A stretch of 64,000 nt of DNA, taken from assembly GCA_012799935.1 (NCBI GenBank), contig JAAZKG010000098.1:191-64190 (forward strand), given 5' to 3'. Of the stretch, positions 28,176 through 35,912 are shown one piece after another (position 1 is the stretch's first letter; every line of letters starts with the position of its first letter). A program made the translations under genes and the position numbers. The notes beneath the pieces were generated by a model, which was given only the letters and a program-made list of their open reading frames with translations, had not been told where the DNA came from and did no database searches. Origin of the DNA: Erysipelotrichia bacterium. GTDB lineage: Bacteria > Bacillota_I > Bacilli_A > Erysipelotrichales > Erysipelotrichaceae.

Positions 28176-29960
28176 ATGAAAGGAAGAAGTAGACTAGATA
28201 GATATCAAAATCTACAATCAAATACATCTGATAATGAAACAAATGTAAATGAAGAAAATGAACAAAGAAAACAAATGGGAAATTATCCTAATTTTCGTAG
28301 TGGGTATTCTCGTAAAACTAGTAGGAGTAGATTATATCAAACAAGTGAATATGATTCTTTATTAAAAGAACATGAAGATTTTTTAAGAAGTTTAGATGAA
28401 CAATTTGGATCAATTGATCAAAGTGGTTTTTCTACTGTAGAGCCTATTGAAAGGCAGACCTATAGCACACAACCTTCACAGTCAACTGCTCAACCATCTC
28501 AACAAGAATATACCCAACCAGTTCAACAACAATATAGACAACAATCATATATACAGCAAAAACCTCAACAAGGATACTTGCAGCAACAATTTACTCAACC
28601 AACACAAAGAGTAAAAAGTGAACCACAACAATATGTACAACAGCCATTTGTTCAACAGTTTCAGCAAGAACCTATTGCAAGAGCGACAGTTGAACCTAGT
28701 TCTCAATTTGAACAACAAATTAGCCCAGAAAAGGCCAAAGATTTTTGGATTGAACAAAAAACAGATAAAGATATATATAAAACAGAAACTTATGAAAAAG
28801 CTAAAGAACCAGAAAAGGAAGAGATTTCTAGTGAAAAAGTTAGAGATTCGTTAGTTTTTGGACCAGTTAATGTTGAACCAGAAGAAGAGCTTTTCGCTAA
28901 ATCTCAAGAAATTGAATATGTCGATAAAATTAAGAAAACTGATGCAGTATATAATGTATTTGATGAGTTTGAAGAAATAAGTGATGAAGAATTCTTTGAA
29001 TTAGAACCAATTGAAGATGTTGAAGAAATCATTAAAGATGATGTTGCTTTTGAATTTGTTAAACCAGATTTTGAAAAAGAAGCACTGACAGAAATACAAG
29101 ATATATTTGTTGTTGATGGTGAGGAAGAATATTTTGAGGATTCTTATCAAAGTGAATTACAATTGGAACCAAAGCCTATTTCACAAGAAGAAATTATTGA
29201 AGATTTTGATTTAATTGATGAAGATTTTGATGCGAAAGAATTAGATGATAATAAAATTATCGAAGTAATTGATGAAGAAGATTCAAAAAGAGTTATAAAT
29301 AATTTCTTAAAAGAACCTGTAGATGAATTAGTGCCAGATGATGATTTTGATTATTTTGAAAAAGAGGAATATGACTATACTGAAAAAGATTTAATAGATG
29401 ACTTAGATGAAAAAGCATCACATTATACTGAAACAAATGTCTTTAAGTTTATTGATGATATTTTAGTAGATGTAAAAAATGATGCTGAAATGATCCACAC
29501 TCAACAACCTAAACAAGATTATTTCGATGTTGAAGAAGAAAAAACAGTTGAAGATATTACTAAAGTTTTATCTGAATGGAATTTAGATGAGTTAGAATTT
29601 GTAGATGCGGAAAGTATAATGCCTACATTTGATGAAGATGGTATTGAAGTAGCTCAAGACGTTGTTTATCAAGCCACTAATCCTGTTCATACTCCTGTTT
29701 ATTATGATGATCCAGTAGTTGTTGATGAATTAACACAGAAACTTGAAAATGAAAGAGCTTTAAGACAACAAATGCTGGAACAAACCAAACAGATTAAGCT
29801 ACAAGTAAAGGAATATGAAAACGAATTAGAGTCTGTTAACTCAAGCATGTCAAAAACAAATAAAATTCTTAACTTTGTTTTAACATTGTTAATTATGACG
29901 TTATTTGTAATACTATTTGTTATAGGATTTTGGTTTGCTCAAGAAAGAGGATTGATTTAA
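28176..29960 (+). CDS. Hypothetical tail-anchored protein with a Gln/aromatic-rich repeat region and a long Asp/Glu-rich region
   Basis: Strong SD (AGGAGG). About residues 95-165 are Q-rich (QQEYTQPVQQQYRQQSYIQQKPQQGY...). About residues 230-470 are very acidic with D/E-F motifs. A coiled coil and a single C-terminal TM (ILNFVLTLLIMTLFVILFVIGFWFA) follow. Its TAA overlaps the cmk ATG. I recognised no family. Confidence 0.7.
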   Translation: MKGRSRLDRYQNLQSNTSDNETNVNEENEQRKQMGNYPNFRSGYSRKTSRSRLYQTSEYDSLLKEHEDFLRSLDEQFGSIDQSGFSTVEPIERQTYSTQPSQSTAQPSQQEYTQPVQQQYRQQSYIQQKPQQGYLQQQFTQPTQRVKSEPQQYVQQPFVQQFQQEPIARATVEPSSQFEQQISPEKAKDFWIEQKTDKDIYKTETYEKAKEPEKEEISSEKVRDSLVFGPVNVEPEEELFAKSQEIEYVDKIKKTDAVYNVFDEFEEISDEEFFELEPIEDVEEIIKDDVAFEFVKPDFEKEALTEIQDIFVVDGEEEYFEDSYQSELQLEPKPISQEEIIEDFDLIDEDFDAKELDDNKIIEVIDEEDSKRVINNFLKEPVDELVPDDDFDYFEKEEYDYTEKDLIDDLDEKASHYTETNVFKFIDDILVDVKNDAEMIHTQQPKQDYFDVEEEKTVEDITKVLSEWNLDELEFVDAESIMPTFDEDGIEVAQDVVYQATNPVHTPVYYDDPVVVDELTQKLENERALRQQMLEQTKQIKLQVKEYENELESVNSSMSKTNKILNFVLTLLIMTLFVILFVIGFWFAQERGLI

Positions 29961-30616
29961 TGCGTATTAATATAGCTATAGATGGACCAAGTGCTTCAGG
30001 CAAAAGCACACTTGCCAGAGAAATTTGTAAAAGATTAAATTATATTCATCTGGATACAGGAGCAATGTATCGTTGTGCCGCCCTATATGCTAAAAATACT
30101 CAAACAAATATCAATGATGAAAAACAATTAATGCAGATGCTTGAAACATTAAAAATCGATTTTACTGAAGATGGAAAGGTTATCTTAAATGGTGAAGATG
30201 TAACTGAAGCAATCAGAACTGATGAAGTATCGATGGCTTCTTCCGATATTTCAACTAAGAAAATTGTAAGGGAAAAGTTAGTTGAAATACAGCAGAAAAT
30301 GGCCGAGGATAAAGGCTTTGTGATGGATGGTCGAGACATTGGAACAGTTGTGTTACCTGATGCAGAAGTTAAAATTTATTTAACTGCTTCAGCTTCGGCA
30401 AGAGCAATGAGAAGATTTCTGGAAAATCAAAAAAGAGGAATAGAATCTAATTTGATGACTCTTAAAAACGAAATAGTTGATAGAGATTATCAAGATATGC
30501 ATCGTAAACATTCACCATTAAGACAAGCTGAAGATGCAATTCTAATTGACTCTTCTGATATGACAATTACAGAGGTAGTTGATGAAGTAATGAGAATTAT
30601 TTCTGAAAAGATTTAA
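29960..30616 (+). CDS. cmk: Cytidylate kinase
   Basis: MRINIAIDGPSASGKST (P-loop), LDTGAMYR and MDGRDIGT. ATG 29960 overlaps the upstream stop codon (TAATG). Confidence 0.95.
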   Translation: MRINIAIDGPSASGKSTLAREICKRLNYIHLDTGAMYRCAALYAKNTQTNINDEKQLMQMLETLKIDFTEDGKVILNGEDVTEAIRTDEVSMASSDISTKKIVREKLVEIQQKMAEDKGFVMDGRDIGTVVLPDAEVKIYLTASASARAMRRFLENQKRGIESNLMTLKNEIVDRDYQDMHRKHSPLRQAEDAILIDSSDMTITEVVDEVMRIISEKI

Positions 30617-30627
30617 GGAGTGATATT

Positions 30628-31935
30628 ATGCTAGTTGGAACTGTAGCTATAGTTGGCCGTCCCAACGTAGGCAAATCAACCGTATTTAATCGAATGATAG
30701 GAGATAGAGTTTCTATTGTCGATGATACTCCTGGAGTTACCAGAGATAGAATTTACGGTAAATGTGAATGGTTGACCAAAAGTTTTAATCTAATTGATAC
30801 AGGCGGATTACAAATTGAGGATCAACCTTTTCAAATCGAAATTCAAGCTCAAGTAGAGATAGCGGTTGAAGAAGCTGACACAATTGTCATGCTGACTGAT
30901 GTCAGAGACGGTGTAACTAATGATGATATATTTATCGCTAGAATGTTACAAAAAACTAATAAAAAAGTCATCTTAGCTGTTAATAAAGTTGATGATGTTT
31001 CATTTATGAGTTCAGTTTATGAATTCTATGCTTTAGGATTAGGTGATCCTGTTGCTATTAGTGGAGTACAATCAATTGGAATGGGTGACTTAATGGATGC
31101 TATTTTGGATTCTTTTGAAGGAAAAGAAAAAAAACAAAAAGATGGTCTAATATCTTTTGCAGTAATTGGAAGACCAAATGTAGGAAAAAGTTCACTGGTA
31201 AATGCTATTTTAAATCAACAAAGAGTAATTGTTTCAGATATTGAAGGTACAACAAGAGATGCAATTGATACACCTTTTGTCCGTGATGGGAAATCGTATG
31301 TAGTTGTTGATACTGCCGGAATAAGAAAAAGAGGTCGTATTTATGAGAATGTTGAAAAATATGCTGTTTTAAGAGCTATGAGAGCAATTGATAATTGTGA
31401 TGTGGTTTTATTTGTTTTAGATGGTTCAAGTGGTATTATTGAACAGGATAAACATGTTGCTGGCTATGCCGTTGAAGCTGGAAAAGGAATTATTATTGTT
31501 TATAATAAATGGGACCTTGTTGAAAAAGATCATACAACGATGGATACAATCTCCAAGGAAATCAGAGCACAATTTGCTTATTTAGATTATGCCCCAATTG
31601 TTTTCGTTAGTGCCTTAAATAAATCAAGAATTAATAATCTTTTTCCATTAATAGATGAGGTTTATGATTATTCTCAATTTAGAGTGCAAACAGCACTATT
31701 AAATGAAGTAATAGCTGATGCTCAAATCATAACACCACCACCAACACATAAAGGTAAAAGATTAAAGATTAATTATTGCAGTCAGGTTTCTGTTGCTCCG
31801 CCAACATTTGTATTATTTGTTAATGATGAAAATTTACTGCATTTTTCTTATCAAAGATATTTAGAAAATAGAATTAGAGATGCTTTTGATTTCACGGGTA
31901 ATCCAATTAGAATCATAGCTAGAAAGAAAAATTAA
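30628..31935 (+). CDS. der: Ribosome-biogenesis GTPase Der (EngA)
   Basis: Two tandem G domains (GRPNVGKST twice, DTGG/DTAG, NKVD/NKWD) and a KH-like C-terminal domain. Confidence 0.96.
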   Translation: MLVGTVAIVGRPNVGKSTVFNRMIGDRVSIVDDTPGVTRDRIYGKCEWLTKSFNLIDTGGLQIEDQPFQIEIQAQVEIAVEEADTIVMLTDVRDGVTNDDIFIARMLQKTNKKVILAVNKVDDVSFMSSVYEFYALGLGDPVAISGVQSIGMGDLMDAILDSFEGKEKKQKDGLISFAVIGRPNVGKSSLVNAILNQQRVIVSDIEGTTRDAIDTPFVRDGKSYVVVDTAGIRKRGRIYENVEKYAVLRAMRAIDNCDVVLFVLDGSSGIIEQDKHVAGYAVEAGKGIIIVYNKWDLVEKDHTTMDTISKEIRAQFAYLDYAPIVFVSALNKSRINNLFPLIDEVYDYSQFRVQTALLNEVIADAQIITPPPTHKGKRLKINYCSQVSVAPPTFVLFVNDENLLHFSYQRYLENRIRDAFDFTGNPIRIIARKKN

Positions 31936-31950
31936 AGGATGGATATTAGT

Positions 31951-32235
31951 ATGAGTGGTAAAATATTAAAGAGAGATATAGTTGAAAAATTTGCTGTTGA
32001 ATTTGACCTAACCAAAAAGGAGGCTACCAAACAGGTAGATTTCATTTTTGAAACAATTATAAAAGAATTAAAAGAAGGAAACACTGTGGCAATTAATGAT
32101 TTAGGTAAATTTGAAATCAAAGAAAGAGCAGCTAGAATTGCTATCAATCCAGCTACACTTGAAAAGGTGAACGTTCCAGCTAAAAAGACAGTTTCTTTTA
32201 AAGCATCAATGAAGTTAAAAGAGTTATTTAAATAA
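31951..32235 (+). CDS. hup: HU family DNA-binding protein
   Basis: About 94 aa with LGKFEIKERAARIAINPATLEKVNVPAKKTVSFKAS, the HU beta-arm. The start could also be ATG 31939. Confidence 0.85.
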   Translation: MSGKILKRDIVEKFAVEFDLTKKEATKQVDFIFETIIKELKEGNTVAINDLGKFEIKERAARIAINPATLEKVNVPAKKTVSFKASMKLKELFK

Positions 32236-32236
32236 G

Positions 32237-32266
32237 AAAATGCAATGTGAAAAACATTGCATTTTA
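32237..32266 (+). terminator. Rho-independent terminator after hup
   Basis: AAAATGCAATGT-gaaaa-ACATTGCATTTT. Confidence 0.8.
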
Positions 32267-32325
32267 AGATAAAAAGATAAGCAGAAATTGTTTATTATGC
32301 TATAATATATTTGAGGTAAGAATGT

Positions 32326-33780
32326 ATGCATGTATCAGACATAAAGAGATTCTTGCGATGCCCTAGATTGTACCAGTTATCATTAGAAACTAAAACGAAA
32401 TTTCACTTATATTTTAATATAAGTACAGATATAGATGAAAGCATTGCTAAAAAATTAAATATTGAAAAATATTATGTTGGTATTACCAATCAAGAAAGTA
32501 GTGATACACTTTTAGTTGCAAATAATTATAATTGGATATTTAAAGCGAGATTTTCTTACAATGGATTAAGAATAAGAGTTCCTTTATTATATGTTGATGG
32601 CAACAATTGTGATGTATATTCTATTGTTTTATCAACGCAAGCATTAGAAAATGAAGGAAATAATATGGCTTATACCAAATATGTTTTAGAAGGAAATGGT
32701 CTGAAGATTAACAATTATTATATTCTGTTTTTAAACAGAGATTATGTATATAAAGATAAATTAGATGATGATAAATTATGGATACTAACTGACCATTTTA
32801 TCAAAGATGGCAGAAAAATGGGGAATATCCATGAATATGTTGATAATATATCGTTAAATCTGGATGAAATTATTTACCAAATGAATAAATTTGAGTTTGC
32901 CCTTCCAATAAGAACAAGTAAATGTACAAGTAGAAATAGATGTCCATTTTATGAAGATTGTTTTCCTTTAGAGAAGATAATAAGTAATAATAGTATTTTG
33001 ACATTAGTTTCTTCAAAATATAAATATGATATGTTAAATGATGGCATCAGATATTTAAAAGATGCTGACTTAGATAGGGTTGAAGGCAATAAAGTTCAAA
33101 TGGCCCAAATAAAAGCAGATCGAAATAATGGTTTATATGTTGATGAAAAAGCTTTAAAAAAATGGTATGGCCAACTTGAACTTCCAATATCATTTATTGA
33201 CTTTGAATGGGATTTGTTTCCAATACCACCATATAATGATATGAAAGTAATGGATGTACTTTTATTTCAATATTCCTTACACGTATATGATGGTAAAAAA
33301 CTTTCTCATTTTGAATTTCTTGGCGAAGGTGATAGTCGAGAAGAAATTGCGATATCTTTACTAGAAAATATTCCAAAAAAAGGCAGTGTAATAGCTTATA
33401 ATGCTACGGGAGCTGAAAAAATTAGAATTAAAGAATTGGCAAATTATTTTCCTCAATATAGTGATAGGTTACTAAAAATAAATGATAGATTAATAGATAT
33501 GGCTATCCCTTTTGTAACTGGATTGGTTTATGATACTAGAATGAGAGGATCATTTACTTTAAATACAATCGAAAATATGCTTGATGAAAAACATTCTTAT
33601 GATGATTTAGAAGTATCAGATGGAATGAAAGCTGTCGAAATATATCGTGAAATGATAATATGTCAAGATGAAATTCAAAAACAAGAATATAAAAAGCAAT
33701 TATTAGAGTATTGTGGGTTAGATACATATTCACTCTATAAAATATATAAATGGTTGAATAAGATACTAAGCGATCGTTAA
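32326..33780 (+). CDS. DUF2779-like protein: predicted Cas4/RecB-type Cys-cluster nuclease fold plus an RNase-H-like C-terminal half
   Basis: N-terminal SDIKRFLRCPRLYQL and a later KCTSRNRCPFYEDC cysteine cluster. The C-terminal half FIDFEWDLFPIPPY...LFQYSLHV...FEFLGEGDSREE...VIAYNATGAEKIRIKELA matches my recollection of DUF2779. Confidence 0.6.
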   Translation: MHVSDIKRFLRCPRLYQLSLETKTKFHLYFNISTDIDESIAKKLNIEKYYVGITNQESSDTLLVANNYNWIFKARFSYNGLRIRVPLLYVDGNNCDVYSIVLSTQALENEGNNMAYTKYVLEGNGLKINNYYILFLNRDYVYKDKLDDDKLWILTDHFIKDGRKMGNIHEYVDNISLNLDEIIYQMNKFEFALPIRTSKCTSRNRCPFYEDCFPLEKIISNNSILTLVSSKYKYDMLNDGIRYLKDADLDRVEGNKVQMAQIKADRNNGLYVDEKALKKWYGQLELPISFIDFEWDLFPIPPYNDMKVMDVLLFQYSLHVYDGKKLSHFEFLGEGDSREEIAISLLENIPKKGSVIAYNATGAEKIRIKELANYFPQYSDRLLKINDRLIDMAIPFVTGLVYDTRMRGSFTLNTIENMLDEKHSYDDLEVSDGMKAVEIYREMIICQDEIQKQEYKKQLLEYCGLDTYSLYKIYKWLNKILSDR

Positions 33781-33808
33781 GATTGATAGAATATAGGAGG
33801 AATTTAGT

Positions 33809-34333
33809 ATGAAAGTAAATGTTTATTCTAAAGATTTAAATTTATCTGTAGAAGATGAAGAAAGGATTGGTGATAAGTTGTCGTTTTTAGACAAGTATCT
33901 CTTGATTGATCCAGAGACAATTGCAAATGTGGTTGTCAAAAAACATGGTAGCAATATTAAGTTGGAAATAACTATTCCTTCAAAAATTGGTTATTTAAGA
34001 AGTGAAGTTGTCGATGATGAAGTTAGAAATGCAATTGATAAATCAATTGATAAATTAGAAGATCAAATCAGAAGACAAAAAACACGTTTGTCTAGAAGAC
34101 ACAAAGAAAAATTAGCAAAAGCATTTATCGATGAAAATGGTTATGCTGAAGAAGAAGATGTTATCGCAAGAGTAAAAAGAGTAGTTGTTGATGAGTTAGA
34201 TACAGATGAAGCAATTATTCAAATGGAACTTGTAAATCATAACTTCTTTGTATTCAGAGATAAAGATACTGGACTTATTTCAATAATATATCGTAGAGAA
34301 CAAGGAGATTATGGAATCTTAGAAGTTGTTTAA
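33809..34333 (+). CDS. hpf: Ribosome hibernation promoting factor (long HPF)
   Basis: 174 aa. The N-terminal S30AE/YfiA domain and a C-terminal dimerisation domain (MELVNHNFFVFRDKDTGLISIIYRREQGDYGILEV) are both present. Confidence 0.9.
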   Translation: MKVNVYSKDLNLSVEDEERIGDKLSFLDKYLLIDPETIANVVVKKHGSNIKLEITIPSKIGYLRSEVVDDEVRNAIDKSIDKLEDQIRRQKTRLSRRHKEKLAKAFIDENGYAEEEDVIARVKRVVVDELDTDEAIIQMELVNHNFFVFRDKDTGLISIIYRREQGDYGILEVV

Positions 34334-34426
34334 ATTATAATAGGAATTAAGTTAATTCCCTATCTTCAAAAATTTAAACAATTTTGCAACTCTTAATGAA
34401 CCATGTTCTAATATAAAGTAAAAACA

Positions 34427-34458
34427 GGGGTGGTTTATTAAAACCATCCCTATATTTT
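34427..34458 (+). terminator. Terminator-like hairpin in the leader of the GPH/GH13 operon
   Basis: GGGGTGGTTT-atta-AAACCATCCC (10 bp with one G-U) followed by TATATTTT, about 60 nt upstream of the transporter ATG. Confidence 0.4.
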
Positions 34459-34520
34459 GAATAGAAAATTTTTTTTGAAAACCTTAAGAAATTAATAGTA
34501 TGTAGAGAGGAAAAAGTTTA

Positions 34521-35912
34521 ATGAATGAAAAAATAAATAAAAGAAATCGTCTGATGTTTGGTATCGGAACTGTTGGAAGAGATATGCTTTATACATTGAT
34601 TTCAATGTTTTTAATGTTTTATTTAACTGATGTTCTTGATTTATCAGATAGAATAATGGCCTATATCACAATGATGATGGTCTTTGTTAGAGTATTTGAT
34701 GCTTTCAATGATCCATTTATGGGAATGATAGTTGATAATACTAAAAGTAAATGGGGGAAATTTAAACCTTGGATATTAATTGGTGCATTATTAACTTCAA
34801 TATTTACCATTTTATTCTTTTATGATTTTAAAGTAGAAGGTTTAGCCTTTGTGGTGATTTTTACTGTAAACTATTTGCTATGGGAAATTTCATACACAGC
34901 TAATGATATTGCTTACTGGTCTATGTTGCCTTCACTTTCCAAAGATCAAAAAGAACGTGAAAAAATTGGAGCTGTTGCTCGTATTTGTGCCAATTTAGGA
35001 ATGTTTACTTTGGTTGTTGGAATTACTGGTTTTACCCAGTTTTTAGCTGAAAAGACAGGTTCAATGCAGCAAGCCTATTTCTATTTATCGATTATTTTAG
35101 TGATATTGATGTTATTTTTCCAAATGTTTACAGTTTTTGGTGTAAAAGAAGACTTGGAAAATCAAGTTGTTGAAGAACAAACTACTGTTAAGGAACTTTT
35201 CCAGATAATAATTAAAAATGATCAATTATTATGGATATCAATCTCTATGAGTATATTTATGACAGGTTATATAACAACAACTTCTTTTGGTCAGTATTAC
35301 TTTAAGTATATTTATGGTGATATTAATATGTATTCGGTATTTGCAGCTATTTTGGCTGTTTCTCAAATAACTGCTCTAGCTATTTTTCCACTGGTTTCTA
35401 AATATTTTAAAAGAAACACAATATTTACTGCTAGTATTGGCTTGATGGTTTTAGGATATATTATCTTCTTTCTTTCTCCTACTACAACCATGTTGGGGAT
35501 TGGTATTGCTGGAGTTTTATTATTTGTTGGACAAGGAGCGATTCAATTATTAATGTTAATGTTTATATCTGATTCAGTAGAATATGGGGAATGGAAATTT
35601 CATAAACGTAATGATTCTGTAACTGTATCTTTACAGCCATTTATAAATAAATTGGGTAATGCTTTAGCTAGTGGTATTGTTGGAGCGACAGTAATTGCTG
35701 CGGGTATTAATGAATCTACCGATGTATCTCAAGTAACTCAGCAAGGATTGGACTTATTAAAGTCATCAATGTTGATAGTTCCTTTAATACTTGTAGTTAT
35801 CTCCTATTTAATTTACCGTAAGTTTTATCGTATTGATGAAGTTTTCTATAAACAGATAATTAGCGAAAATAAAGCCCGTATAAAGGAGTTTAAACATGAG
35901 CAAAAAAATTAG
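34521..35912 (+). CDS. Glycoside-pentoside-hexuronide (GPH):cation symporter, MelB-like
   Basis: About 12 TM helices. The N-terminal signature FGIGTVGRDMLYTLISMFLMFYLTDVL...FDAFNDPFMGMIVDNT is typical of GPH/MFS_2 sugar symporters. Confidence 0.85.
   Translation: MNEKINKRNRLMFGIGTVGRDMLYTLISMFLMFYLTDVLDLSDRIMAYITMMMVFVRVFDAFNDPFMGMIVDNTKSKWGKFKPWILIGALLTSIFTILFFYDFKVEGLAFVVIFTVNYLLWEISYTANDIAYWSMLPSLSKDQKEREKIGAVARICANLGMFTLVVGITGFTQFLAEKTGSMQQAYFYLSIILVILMLFFQMFTVFGVKEDLENQVVEEQTTVKELFQIIIKNDQLLWISISMSIFMTGYITTTSFGQYYFKYIYGDINMYSVFAAILAVSQITALAIFPLVSKYFKRNTIFTASIGLMVLGYIIFFLSPTTTMLGIGIAGVLLFVGQGAIQLLMLMFISDSVEYGEWKFHKRNDSVTVSLQPFINKLGNALASGIVGATVIAAGINESTDVSQVTQQGLDLLKSSMLIVPLILVVISYLIYRKFYRIDEVFYKQIISENKARIKEFKHEQKN

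Noticed and set aside
28458-28854. Gln-rich region considered as a DNA tandem repeat or contingency locus, together with the alternate-frame ORFs 28545-28757 (-) and 28618-28854 (+).
   Set aside because: The repeats are degenerate at the nucleotide level (varied CAA/CAG contexts, no fixed unit length), so this is protein-level low complexity rather than a VNTR. The nested ORFs are by-products of CAA/GAA-rich sequence.
34341-34362. Hairpin TAGGAATT...AATTCCCTA directly after hpf, considered as a strong terminator.
   Set aside because: It has a short AT-rich stem with a bulge and no following T-run. At best it is a weak terminator, so it is not listed as a feature.
34476-34489. cre-like sequence TGAAAACCTTAAGA upstream of the GPH symporter.
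   Set aside because: It lacks the central CG and the palindromic 3' half of the CcpA cre consensus, so the match is too weak to report.
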